Shown: piece after piece, positions 1 through 10,644 of the stretch
Layout: each line of letters begins with the position of its first letter
Numbering within the stretch: position 1 is the stretch's first letter
Origin: an uncultured Agathobaculum sp.
Lineage (GTDB): Bacteria > Bacillota > Clostridia > Oscillospirales > Butyricicoccaceae
DNA length: 32,000 nucleotides
Assembly: GCA_944384695.1 (NCBI GenBank)
Contig: CALWUQ010000009.1
Coordinates: 1,297 to 33,296 of the forward strand
Reading direction: 5' to 3'
Notes under the pieces: model-generated
Seen by the model: the letters and a program-made list of their open reading frames with translations, nothing else
The model's database searches: none
What the model was told of the DNA's origin: nothing
Position numbers and translations under genes: made by a program

Positions 1-142
1 CCAGACCGTAGTTGGCCAGCGAAACGGCTACATTGGCCTCGCCGCCGCCGAAGGTGAATTCCAGATGGTCAGCCTGTACGAAACGCTCGTAGTTGTACGG
101 CTGGAGACGAACCATCAGCTCGCCGAAAGTAACGATTTTCAT
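1..142 (-). CDS. kdgK: 2-dehydro-3-deoxygluconokinase (PfkB family), N-terminal part; gene continues beyond the window start
   Basis: Own reverse-strand translation from ATG 142..140 gives MKIVTFGELMVRLQPYNYERFVQADHLEFTFGGGEANVAVSLANYGL, the TFGE..R..P....GG.EANVA N-terminus typical of KDG kinases. GGAGG lies 7 nt upstream. The gene follows eda and the VOC gene on the same strand. Confidence 0.75.
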   Translation of the reverse strand, partial: MKIVTFGELMVRLQPYNYERFVQADHLEFTFGGGEANVAVSLANYGL

Positions 143-168
143 GTGATTTCCTCCGTCATCTTGTTGAA

Positions 169-513
169 TTACTGCTTGCCGACCAGATGAATTGCAAAGC
201 CGCAGATTTCATCGGACAGATAGATGGCATTGAGCGTACCGTCCGCCTTATACTTGGCGGTGGCGCCGTTGAAAACAATGCCGCGTGCTTCCAGCTCAGC
301 CTTGGCCGCCGCGACATCCGGCGTACCGATGGCGATGTGGCCGTTTTTGCCCATGTAGGGCTCCTTCATCAGTTCAATATCGCCAGCGAAAAACGAGCTG
401 TTGCCCTCTTTGACTGCAAAACCGAACAATGCCTGAAACAGTTCCGCCGCCTTCTGGGCTTCTTCCTTGTTTGCCGCGTTGATGCCGATGTGCGCGAGCG
501 AATACTTAACCAT
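169..513 (-). CDS. VOC/glyoxalase-fold family protein
   Basis: 114-aa ORF with an HIGIN...GHIAIGT pattern like glyoxalase/VOC proteins. Its start overlaps the eda stop region by 8 nt, so it is co-transcribed. Confidence 0.6.
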   Translation of the reverse strand: MVKYSLAHIGINAANKEEAQKAAELFQALFGFAVKEGNSSFFAGDIELMKEPYMGKNGHIAIGTPDVAAAKAELEARGIVFNGATAKYKADGTLNAIYLSDEICGFAIHLVGKQ

Positions 514-1150
514 TGCGCGCCTCTTTCACGATTTCGACCGACTTCTTGCACAGCTCGGTGATTTCGTCCCACTTGCCGTTGTCAATCAGGTCGGCGGTGA
601 CCATGTAGGAGCCGCCGCAGGCAGCGATGACCGGATTCTTGATATAGTCCGCCAGATTCTTGAGGTTGATGCCGCCGGTCGGCATAACTTTGAACATCGG
701 GAACGGAGCGCTCATCGCTTTGATTTTCGCGATGCCGCCGGACTGCTCAGCAGGGAAGAACTTGACCACTTCCAGACCGAACTTGTAAGCGGTGTGGTAA
801 TCCGTGGGGGTGCTGCAGCCGGGGAAGATTGCGATGCCAACCTTCTGGCAGTAAGCAACGATTTCGGGATCCATGCCGGGGGTAACGATGAACTCCGCAC
901 CGGCAGCCATGGCTTCGTCAACCTGCGCGGTGGTCAGGACGGTGCCGGCACCGACGCACATTTCCGGGAAGTTGTCATGCATCAGCTTGATGGCGGTTGC
1001 AGCGCCAGCAGCGCGGAAGGTGACCTCGGCAGCCGGGACACCACCGGCAATCAAAGCTTTTGCCAGCGGGATAGCATCACGTTCCGGGTTGTTGAGCTTG
1101 ATGACAGGTACTACACCGATGGACTGAAACTTTTTCTCGATCTCATTCAT
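506..1150 (-). CDS. eda: 2-dehydro-3-deoxyphosphogluconate / 4-hydroxy-2-oxoglutarate aldolase
   Basis: 214 aa with GVVPVIK, AGGVPAAEVTFR, GAGTVLT, FIVTPG, KFFPAE and MPTGGI segments characteristic of KDPG aldolase. GGAGGA SD lies upstream of ATG 1150. Confidence 0.9.
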   Translation of the reverse strand: MNEIEKKFQSIGVVPVIKLNNPERDAIPLAKALIAGGVPAAEVTFRAAGAATAIKLMHDNFPEMCVGAGTVLTTAQVDEAMAAGAEFIVTPGMDPEIVAYCQKVGIAIFPGCSTPTDYHTAYKFGLEVVKFFPAEQSGGIAKIKAMSAPFPMFKVMPTGGINLKNLADYIKNPVIAACGGSYMVTADLIDNGKWDEITELCKKSVEIVKEARNG

Positions 1151-1343
1151 TGCGTTCTTCCTCCATGTTTCATATTACGGAATAGCGTTTCATAAATCCG
1201 CTTGATGCTTTTATTATAAAACTTTACCGTCAGATTGCAAGACTTTTTCCAAAACAATCTGTGCAAAGTTTCTCTTGTATTTTTGGTGAAAATCCATTAA
1301 AATGGAACAAAGTTTTATAATGCGGAACGAAAGGGGCCTCGTT

Positions 1344-2123
1344 ATGGCAGAATCCTCGTCTGTGCAGTCGCTCGACCGTGCGTTTGATTTACTGGAGCTG
1401 CTGTGCAAGAGCAGGAATGGAATGACCATCGGCTCGTTGTCGGCTGAAACCGGCCTGCATAAGAGCACGGTGCACCGCCTGCTGTCGAGCATGTGCACAC
1501 GCGGCTATGTGCAGCGCGACGCGGCGACCAGCATTTATCGTGCGGGTATGCGTCTGTGCGAACTGAGCAGTTATATCATGGAGAATCTGGATGTGGTGGA
1601 GCGCGCACGCCTGCCGATGGAGCGTCTCGGGCAGGAAACGGATGAGACGGTGCATCTGGTGATGCAGGAGGAGCGCGACATCGTGTATATTCATAAGGTG
1701 GAAAGCAGCCGCGGCGCGATTCGTATGTTTTCGCGCATTGGCATGCGCCGTCCGCTGTACTGTACCGGAGTGGGCAAGGCGATTCTGGCCACCTGGCCGG
1801 ACAGCGAGGTGCATGTCCTGTGGCAGGAGAGCGATGTCAAGCCGTGGACAGCGCATACCATTGTGTCCGAGGACGCCTTTTTCCACGAGCTGGAGCGGGT
1901 GCGGCGTCTGGGCTATGCGCTCGATGATGAGGAAAATGAGCTGGGTGTGCGCTGCATTGCAGCGGCTATCCCGGATTATCGCGGCCGGGCGTCGTATGCG
2001 GTTTCGATTTCCGCACCGATTAGCCGCATGTCGGATGAGCGCATCGGCTTGCTGCGCGCTCCGCTGCTGGCGGCGCGCGACGAGATTGCGGCGGCGCTGG
2101 GCGGCAGCATGCGCTGCGTTTGA
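1344..2123 (+). CDS. IclR family transcriptional regulator (KdgR-like by context)
   Basis: Winged-HTH N-terminus (SLDRAFDLLELL...GLHKSTVHRLL) plus an IclR effector domain. ATG 1344 is preceded by GAAAGGGG; the track ORF starts earlier at 1302. Divergent from the kdg operon. Confidence 0.85.
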   Translation: MAESSSVQSLDRAFDLLELLCKSRNGMTIGSLSAETGLHKSTVHRLLSSMCTRGYVQRDAATSIYRAGMRLCELSSYIMENLDVVERARLPMERLGQETDETVHLVMQEERDIVYIHKVESSRGAIRMFSRIGMRRPLYCTGVGKAILATWPDSEVHVLWQESDVKPWTAHTIVSEDAFFHELERVRRLGYALDDEENELGVRCIAAAIPDYRGRASYAVSISAPISRMSDERIGLLRAPLLAARDEIAAALGGSMRCV

Positions 2124-2181
2124 GATGCCGGAAAGGCAACGGCAATCCCTTTGACGGGATGTATAGAATAGGAGTGAATCA

Positions 2182-3204
2182 ATGGCAGTCACATTGGCAG
2201 AGATTGCGGCGCTGGCCGGGGTCTCACGCGGCACGGTGGACCGTGCGCTCAATAACCGTGGAAGAGTAGATCCCAAGGTAGCCGCACGGGTGCGGCGCAT
2301 CGCGGCAGAAAGGGGATACCGGCCCAACCGCGCGGGCAGGATGCTGGCGCTGGCAAAGCATCCCATCAAAATCGGCGTGATCGTGCAGTCGGTGGAGACC
2401 ATGTTTATGCACATGGTCTATGAGGAAACCAGCCGCGCCTGTGCGCGCCTGAAAAGCGAGGGCGCGGAGGTGATGCTGCGCCCGCTCGAGGGCGTGGATG
2501 CGTCGCGCCAGCTTGCCGCAATCGACGAACTGGTTGCGGAAGGCATGAACGGCCTTGCCGTAACGCCGGTGGAGGATGACGCCGTGCGTGCGCGTCTGCG
2601 TTCGCTGTCTGAGGAGATGCCGGTTGTCACATTTAATACGGATTTGTCGGAGTCCGGCCGCCTGTGCTATGTCGGCTCGGATAACTATGCTTGCGGCCGC
2701 GCCTGTGCGGGGCTGATGAACCTGCTGCTCGCCGGGGGCGGCGAGGTACTGGTGGTGGCGGGGCAGGAAAATAACCTGTCGCACCGGCAGCGGGTAGAGG
2801 GCTTTTGCGACGAAGCAGCGTCGCGCTTTCCGGACTTGAAGCTGCTGCCGCCCGAGACCTGCGGGGATGACCAGCAGCTCGCACATGATATTGTATGCCG
2901 TGCGGTGCAGGAACATCCCAATTTGCGTGGCGTTTATGTCTCGGTCAACGGGCAAATCGGCGCGTGCGACGCCTTGCGTGAGCTGGGGTTACAGGGAAAG
3001 GTGCATTTGATTTGTCATGACCTGTCCGCGGTCAATGCGGAAAATATCCGTGCGGGACTGATTGACTTCCTAATCGACCAAGACGCGCATTTGCAGGGGG
3101 TGCGTCCGGTGGAGCTGCTGCTGGATTATCTGCTGGTGGGCGAAAAACCGGAAAACGAGCGCATTCTGGCGCGAATTGATATTCGCAACCGGTATAATGT
3201 GTAA
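2182..3204 (+). CDS. LacI family transcriptional regulator
   Basis: N-terminus MAVTLAEIAALAGVSRGTVDRALNNRGRV is a LacI/GalR HTH, followed by a sugar-binding-like domain. AGGAG SD upstream. Confidence 0.85.
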   Translation: MAVTLAEIAALAGVSRGTVDRALNNRGRVDPKVAARVRRIAAERGYRPNRAGRMLALAKHPIKIGVIVQSVETMFMHMVYEETSRACARLKSEGAEVMLRPLEGVDASRQLAAIDELVAEGMNGLAVTPVEDDAVRARLRSLSEEMPVVTFNTDLSESGRLCYVGSDNYACGRACAGLMNLLLAGGGEVLVVAGQENNLSHRQRVEGFCDEAASRFPDLKLLPPETCGDDQQLAHDIVCRAVQEHPNLRGVYVSVNGQIGACDALRELGLQGKVHLICHDLSAVNAENIRAGLIDFLIDQDAHLQGVRPVELLLDYLLVGEKPENERILARIDIRNRYNV

Positions 3205-3231
3205 GTGGTGCGGTAAAGAGGGGATTGGCTT

Positions 3232-4005
3232 ATGATGGAGTGGGTGCAGCTGCCGCATGGCGTTTTGACTCACTTCGGCACGGCGACGGGGGAGAAAAAG
3301 CCCGCGCTGGTGCTTTGTCCGGGCGGCGGCTATGAATTTTGCTCGATTCGGGAGGGTGCGCCGGTCGCGCGTGCCTTTGCGCGGGACGGCATCGAGTCGT
3401 TTGTACTGGACTATGACTGCACGGATACACCGCTCGGCACACGGCCGGTGCGCACGTTGTCTGCGGCTGTCGCATGGGTGCGGGAGAATGCTGCGCGCTT
3501 CGGGATTGATGAAAACCGCATTGCGGTCGGCGGTTTTTCCGCGGGCGCGCATCTGGCGGGCACATTGGCGGCGGTCTGGAATAAGCCGGAATGGTTTGAC
3601 GCGGGCACGGACCTTGCAAAGCACCGGCCATATGCGGCAGTGCTGGGGTATCCGGTCGTGACTGCGGGCGCGTATGCCCACCGCGGCAGCTTTGTGCGTC
3701 TGGCAGGCGCGTATGCCGCGCGCCAGCAGGCGTTTTCGCTGGAAACGCTGGTGGATGCAGATACGCCGCCGGTGTTCCTGTGGCATACGCTGACCGACGC
3801 GACCGTACCGGTCGAAAACACGCTGCTGCTCGAGACCGCGCTGCGAAAGGCGGGCGTGCCGCATGAAGTACATCTGTTTCCGCACGGCGTGCACGGCCTT
3901 GCGCTGGCGGATTTTGAAACCTACGACCCGGCGCGCGGCCGCCGTCCGGACCGGCATCTGGCCCGATGGCAAACGCTGTGCGCGGAGTGGATGAAGGAGC
4001 TATAA
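3232..4005 (+). CDS. alpha/beta hydrolase (esterase/lipase-like)
   Basis: 257 aa with a PGGGY oxyanion-like segment and a GFSAGAHLAG nucleophile elbow (GxSxG). HG near the C-terminus. Confidence 0.8.
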   Translation: MMEWVQLPHGVLTHFGTATGEKKPALVLCPGGGYEFCSIREGAPVARAFARDGIESFVLDYDCTDTPLGTRPVRTLSAAVAWVRENAARFGIDENRIAVGGFSAGAHLAGTLAAVWNKPEWFDAGTDLAKHRPYAAVLGYPVVTAGAYAHRGSFVRLAGAYAARQQAFSLETLVDADTPPVFLWHTLTDATVPVENTLLLETALRKAGVPHEVHLFPHGVHGLALADFETYDPARGRRPDRHLARWQTLCAEWMKEL

Positions 4006-4007
4006 CC

Positions 4008-4502
4008 ATGGAAATACAACGCACGCAGCCGGCGGATTTGCCGGTGCTGCTTGGGATTTTTGCGGGTGCGCGTCGATTTATGGCGGAAAACGGCAACCCG
4101 AACCAGTGGGGCGACCATACCCCCACGCGCGAAATGCTGGAGGAGGACATCGCGGCGGGGCGCAGCTATGTCTGCCTGGATGCCGGCCGCATCGCCGCCA
4201 CCTTTTGCTTTTCCACGGCGGGCGAGCCGACCTATCGCGTGATTCGTGAAGGGGCTTGGCTGGACGACGCGCCCTATGGCGTGGTGCACCGCATTGCAGC
4301 AGCCGAGCAGGGACACGGCGCGGCGGCGTACTGTCTGGAGTGGTGCTTGGAGCAGTGCGGCAATATCCGCATCGACACGCACCGCGACAATAAACCGATG
4401 CAGCGGCTGCTGCATCGGCTGGGTTACACCTACTGTGGATTGATTGATTTGGAAAACGGTCGCGGAGAGCGGCTTGCCTTTCAGAAACGGCAGGTCGGAT
4501 AA
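4008..4502 (+). CDS. GNAT family N-acetyltransferase
   Basis: ATG 4008 lies after GAAGGAG and 3 nt after the esterase stop. VHRIAAAEQGHGAAAYCLEWC resembles the GNAT acetyl-CoA loop. The track ORF start at 3966 overlaps the upstream gene. Confidence 0.7.
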   Translation: MEIQRTQPADLPVLLGIFAGARRFMAENGNPNQWGDHTPTREMLEEDIAAGRSYVCLDAGRIAATFCFSTAGEPTYRVIREGAWLDDAPYGVVHRIAAAEQGHGAAAYCLEWCLEQCGNIRIDTHRDNKPMQRLLHRLGYTYCGLIDLENGRGERLAFQKRQVG

Positions 4503-4531
4503 GTTTCCATAGCGCCCGGATGCAATTGAAA

Positions 4532-4579
4532 ACAGCCCAGGTTTGTACGAATGGTACAAACCTGGGCTGTTGGTTTTCT
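4532..4579. terminator. bidirectional rho-independent terminator between convergent genes
   Basis: Perfect 17-bp stem ACAGCCCAGGTTTGTAC / GTACAAACCTGGGCTGT (4532-4548 / 4554-4570) with a 5-nt loop. T4 lies downstream on the plus strand, and an A4 upstream gives a T4 on the minus strand. Confidence 0.8.
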
Positions 4580-4604
4580 TGCAGTATAGGGGATACAGGC
4601 AGCT

Positions 4605-5297
4605 TTATCCGAAAAACATCGAGCCGACCGAAACAAGCAGCGCGGTCAGCAGACCGGCTACGCCGATGGCAAGGCCGCTCATGGCGCCTTCGGTTTCGCC
4701 CAGTTCGATTGCACGCGAGGTGCCGACCGCATGGGCGGCGGTGCCGATGGACAGGCCCATCTGCACAGGGTTGCGCACGCCGATGCACTTGAGGAAGGTC
4801 GGCAGCAGGATGGCGCCGACGATGCCGGTGAACACCACGGCAATGGCGGTGACCGGCGCCAGACCGCCCAGCATTTCGGAAAGGGCCACGCCAATCGGTG
4901 TGGTGACCGATTTGGGGACCAGCGAGCGGGTGGTCGCGTCGGACAGGCCGAACAGCCGGCAAAACAGCAGCACGCTCAGGATAGAGGTCAACGAACCGAC
5001 CAGCGCGCCTGCGATAATCGGCACCAGATTCTTTTTCAGCACATCCAGCTTGCGGTAAATCGGCACGGCGAGCGCCACAGTCGCCGGGGTCAGGAAAAAG
5101 GAGATGAGCTGACCGGCGCTTTCGTAGGTTTGGTAAGTGGTGCCGGTCACAACCAGCAGTACGCCCACCAGCAGGGCGGCAATCAGCAGCGGATTGCAGA
5201 GCGGCGAGCCGGTCCGGCGCTGGATGTTAACGCCCAGCGCATAGCAGCCGATGGACAACGCCATCCAGAAAGCGGAAGAGGAAAGCAGGTCAGTCAT
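4605..5297 (-). CDS. lrgB: LrgB/CidB family membrane protein
   Basis: Polytopic membrane protein with LrgB-like sequence throughout. Chosen start is ATG 5297..5295, which overlaps the lrgA stop by 8 nt (ATGACTGA). The track ORF begins at 5342. Confidence 0.85.
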   Translation of the reverse strand: MTDLLSSSAFWMALSIGCYALGVNIQRRTGSPLCNPLLIAALLVGVLLVVTGTTYQTYESAGQLISFFLTPATVALAVPIYRKLDVLKKNLVPIIAGALVGSLTSILSVLLFCRLFGLSDATTRSLVPKSVTTPIGVALSEMLGGLAPVTAIAVVFTGIVGAILLPTFLKCIGVRNPVQMGLSIGTAAHAVGTSRAIELGETEGAMSGLAIGVAGLLTALLVSVGSMFFG

Positions 5298-5667
5298 GGT
5301 CGAACGCCTCCTCGCTTTCGCGGTTCTGCAAACGGAATACAATGTGCACGGTGAATGCGGTCGCCGCGGCGGTGCACAGCGTGGTCAGCACGCATACCGC
5401 AAGCATCGCCAGAATCTCGCTTTTTATCTGCGCGAAGATTTCCAGCACGCCCAAACAGGCGGGCAGAAAGAAAAAGGCCATGTTTTGCAGCAGGAAATCC
5501 GCCGTATGCTCGACATGTTGCAGCCGAATCGGGCCGAAAATCAGCAGCAGAAGCAGCAGCGTCAGGCCGAGCACATTGCCGGGCAGCACGCCGTGCAGCA
5601 GGATGGAAAGCGCGTCGCCTGCGACGCAGCAGGCGAGCAGTACGCCCAGTTGCTTAATGTAGTTCAA
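5290..5667 (-). CDS. lrgA: CidA/LrgA family holin-like protein
   Basis: 125 aa with four hydrophobic helices and PGNVLGL / FFFLPA motifs typical of LrgA. Immediately upstream of lrgB. Confidence 0.8.
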   Translation of the reverse strand: MNYIKQLGVLLACCVAGDALSILLHGVLPGNVLGLTLLLLLLIFGPIRLQHVEHTADFLLQNMAFFFLPACLGVLEIFAQIKSEILAMLAVCVLTTLCTAAATAFTVHIVFRLQNRESEEAFDHD

Positions 5668-6218
5668 GGGGTTTCGTCTTCTTTCTCGGTTTCGTAGTCT
5701 GCGGTCATGGCGCTCAACAGGGTCTGGTAGATTGCTTCCGCGTTGTTTTTGAAGGTGCGCTCCAGCATCGCGGCCTGTCCGCGGTTGACCACAGCCATCT
5801 CGATGGCGAATACTTGCTCCATCTCCATGCGGACAGTCAAATCGTTGGCGGCGCGCTCGGCCACAGACGTGTGGATTGCGGCATTCCGCCGGATTTGGCG
5901 CACGACCCGCAGCGCCGAGCGCTGCGCAGCCTCGCGCACCGGATAGGGCAGCTGCTTTTCAAACACGCGGATGGCCTCGCGGCCTTTGTCCGTGATGCGG
6001 TAGGCAGGCTCGCCGTCGCCGGGGACTTCCTCAATGTGGCCGGTGGGCACCATTTCATAGAAGGCCTCGCTCAGCTCAAAATAGCCGAAGCCTTCGTCGC
6101 ACCAGGTCGTCAGGTCCACGACCGTGCTGAAGCTGACCGGAAAGGGCAGCAAATCCATAGCGAACAGGATGAGGAATTTGATATCTTCCTTGGAATGGAT
6201 AAAACCGTGACGAACCAT
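5664..6218 (-). CDS. DUF4364-like protein
   Basis: Start taken at ATG 6218..6216, preceded by AGGGAGG. The KFLILFAM...YFELSEAF...YRITDKG pattern resembles clostridial DUF4364 proteins. Its stop overlaps the lrgA start. Confidence 0.55.
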   Translation of the reverse strand: MVRHGFIHSKEDIKFLILFAMDLLPFPVSFSTVVDLTTWCDEGFGYFELSEAFYEMVPTGHIEEVPGDGEPAYRITDKGREAIRVFEKQLPYPVREAAQRSALRVVRQIRRNAAIHTSVAERAANDLTVRMEMEQVFAIEMAVVNRGQAAMLERTFKNNAEAIYQTLLSAMTADYETEKEDETP

Positions 6219-6409
6219 GTGCGCAAGCCTCCCTTGTTGACAAAATCGCTTAAAGTAGTATACCCCAAAAAGCGGGAAAAAGCAATCGGCTGAGCGGACA
6301 AGGATACATGCGCTGCATCGGTTGGTGTTTGTTTGTTTTTGACGGAAAAGCGCACAAAGAACAGGCGAACGCATGTACGTTTTTTGGCGTTCCAAACGGC
6401 AAAAATCGG

Positions 6410-6438
6410 TTGAACAACCGGGGCGCGCGCGGTATAAT
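6410..6438 (+). promoter_or_regulatory. sigma-A type promoter for the GNAT-radC-uvrB gene run
   Basis: TTGAAC (6410-6415), 17-nt spacer, TATAAT (6433-6438), about 38 nt upstream of ATG 6476. Confidence 0.55.
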
Positions 6439-6475
6439 GAAAGGACGGAAACTATCGCAACGGGAGAGAAATACT

Positions 6476-7075
6476 ATGCCGGAAGTTGTTTTGCGCGCCG
6501 CAAACGAAAGCGACGCTGCCGATATGCTGGCGCTGTACGCGCCGTATGTGATTCAAACCACGGTGTCCAGCGAGTACGCACCGCCGTCGCTGGATGAATT
6601 CCTCGGACGCATGCGCACCTATGGCGAGCGTCTGCCGTGGCTGGTCTGCACGGTGGACGGGGAAGTGGTCGGCTACGGCTACGCTTCGCCCCACCGCACT
6701 CGCGCAGCATATCAGTGGTCGGTCGAGACATCCATCTATGTCGCGCAGGAGTGGCACCGGCACGGGATTGCGGGCGCGATTTACGCGGCGCTGTTTGAGC
6801 TGCTTGCGATGCAGGGATACTATAACATCTATGTCGGCATCACCTCGCCCAATGAGCGGTCGATGAAGTTCCATAAGGCGATGGGATTTATCATTTCGGG
6901 CGCGTATCAGGAAAGCATGTATAAGTTTGGGCAGTGGCGGGATGTGCTGTGGATGGGCAAGAGCCTGCGTCCGCATGAGGGCGAGCCGCAGCCGACCGTC
7001 CCGTTTCCCGAAATCAAGGACAGTCCGCTGGTCGCCCGCGCGCTGCGGCAGGCCGAGCAACGCATTCATCTATAA
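6476..7075 (+). CDS. GNAT N-acetyltransferase, phosphinothricin-acetyltransferase (PAT)-like
   Basis: ATG 6476 lies after GGGAGAG. YAPYV..T..S.E, PWLV..VDGEVVGYGYAS..R.R.AY.WSVE.SIYV and KFG.W.DV.WM match the PAT family pattern. Confidence 0.8.
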   Translation: MPEVVLRAANESDAADMLALYAPYVIQTTVSSEYAPPSLDEFLGRMRTYGERLPWLVCTVDGEVVGYGYASPHRTRAAYQWSVETSIYVAQEWHRHGIAGAIYAALFELLAMQGYYNIYVGITSPNERSMKFHKAMGFIISGAYQESMYKFGQWRDVLWMGKSLRPHEGEPQPTVPFPEIKDSPLVARALRQAEQRIHL

Positions 7076-7096
7076 AACGCAAAGGAGGCCGGGCGC

Positions 7097-7801
7097 ATGG
7101 CGGACAAGCTGCATCAAAACCATCGGGAGCGCGTGCTGGAAAAGTTCCGCCGCTTCGGGCTGGATGTGTTCAGCGACCACGAGGTGCTCGAGCTTTTGCT
7201 GTTTTTCGCCATCCCGCGCGTGGACACCAACCCGACCGCGCATCGGCTGCTGGAGCGTTTCGGCTCGCTGCACGCGGTTTTGGAAGCGCCGGTCGAGCAG
7301 CTTTGCGAGGTGCAGGGTATCGGGCCGCGCTCAGCCGACCTGCTCAAGCTGTCGTTTGCAATGTGCGCACGGTATCAGCAGGACGTGGCCAAGAGCGAGC
7401 GGCACAGCGATAAGCTGAACAGCTATGAAAAAATCGGGGAATACTTTATGCCGCAGTTTGCGGGCGAACAGGACGAGGTGCTGCTTGCCGCCTATCTGGA
7501 CGGGGTGGGCCGCGTTATCAAGTGCGAGGAGATTGCCCGCGGCGGGCATGCGCATGTGCCGGTGGACGCATATAAAATCGCAAGCGGCGCGCTGATTTGC
7601 CATGCGGCAGGTGTGGCGGTGGCGCACAACCACCCGAACGGAACGGCGACTCCATCCGAGGCGGATATGCTTGCCACACGGCGGCTCGAGCAGACGCTGT
7701 CGGGACTGGGATTGCAATTGGTTGACCACTGCGTTATTGCGCGCGGCAAATACACATCCATTTGCAGGCTGCGTGCCGGTCAGATGGGACAGAGGAGGTA
7801 G
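7097..7801 (+). CDS. radC: RadC-family JAB-domain protein
   Basis: 234 aa with an N-terminal HhH-like region (LELLL...LL..FGSL..V) and a JAMM-like HNHPNG..PS..D motif. Confidence 0.85.
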   Translation: MADKLHQNHRERVLEKFRRFGLDVFSDHEVLELLLFFAIPRVDTNPTAHRLLERFGSLHAVLEAPVEQLCEVQGIGPRSADLLKLSFAMCARYQQDVAKSERHSDKLNSYEKIGEYFMPQFAGEQDEVLLAAYLDGVGRVIKCEEIARGGHAHVPVDAYKIASGALICHAAGVAVAHNHPNGTATPSEADMLATRRLEQTLSGLGLQLVDHCVIARGKYTSICRLRAGQMGQRR

Positions 7802-7804
7802 GAT

Positions 7805-9759
<1,955 letters not shown>

Positions 9760-9763
<4 letters not shown>

Positions 9764-10581
9764 GGATTTTCACACTCATGGAGGATACCGCGTGCGCGCC
9801 GGACTTTGCCTGCGAGCACGGGTTGAGCTTTGTTATCGAAACGGGCGGCCGCAAGCTGCTGTTTGATATGGGGCAGACGGATTTATTTTTGAAAAACGCT
9901 GCTGCGCTCGGCATCGACCTGTCCGCGGTGGATACGGCCTTTGTCTCGCACGGGCATTACGACCACGGCGGCGGGCTGGCGGCGTTTCTGGAAAGCAATG
10001 ACCATGCGCCGGTCTATGTGCACGAAAAGGCGTTCGAGCCGCACTTTTCTCACAAGCCGGAGGGCATCAAAGAGATTGGTCTGAGCGCTGCGCTTGCAGA
10101 AAATCCGCGTCAGCGGCGCGTCAGCGGCGTGACGCAGATAGATGAAGTGCTGACGCTGTTTTCCGATATCACAGGCGCGGACTGTGTCCCCGCGGGCAAC
10201 CGCACGCTGTACGAGCGGGAAAACGGCCAGTACGTCCCTGACCGCTTTGCGCATGAGCAAAGCCTGCTCGTGCGGGAAGGGGAAAAAACGGTGCTGTTTA
10301 CCGGCTGCGCGCACAAGGGCGTTATCAATATCTGCGCGCGGGCAAAAGAACTGCTCGGCCGCGACCCGGATGCCGTCATCGGCGGGATGCATCTGTTCAG
10401 CCCGTCGACCGGCAAAAGCGAGCCGGATGAGAATATCCGCGCGGTCGCGCAGCGTCTTGCGGAGACGGACAGCCGCTATTTCACCTGCCATTGCACCGGC
10501 CCGCACGCCTATGACGTGCTGCGCCAAACGCTGGGGGAGCGCATCGCGTTCCTGTCCGCGGGCAGTATGATAGAAATCTAA
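9760..10581 (+). CDS. MBL-fold metallo-hydrolase
   Basis: 273 aa with an [10 protein letters not shown] metal-binding motif. Its ATG overlaps the uvrB TGA (ATGA at 9760-9763). Confidence 0.8.
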
Positions 10582-10644
10582 ACGCGGCATGCTATGCAGG
10601 ATAGAGAAACCCGAAACAAAAGTGAGGATGAAGCAGAAAAAACT

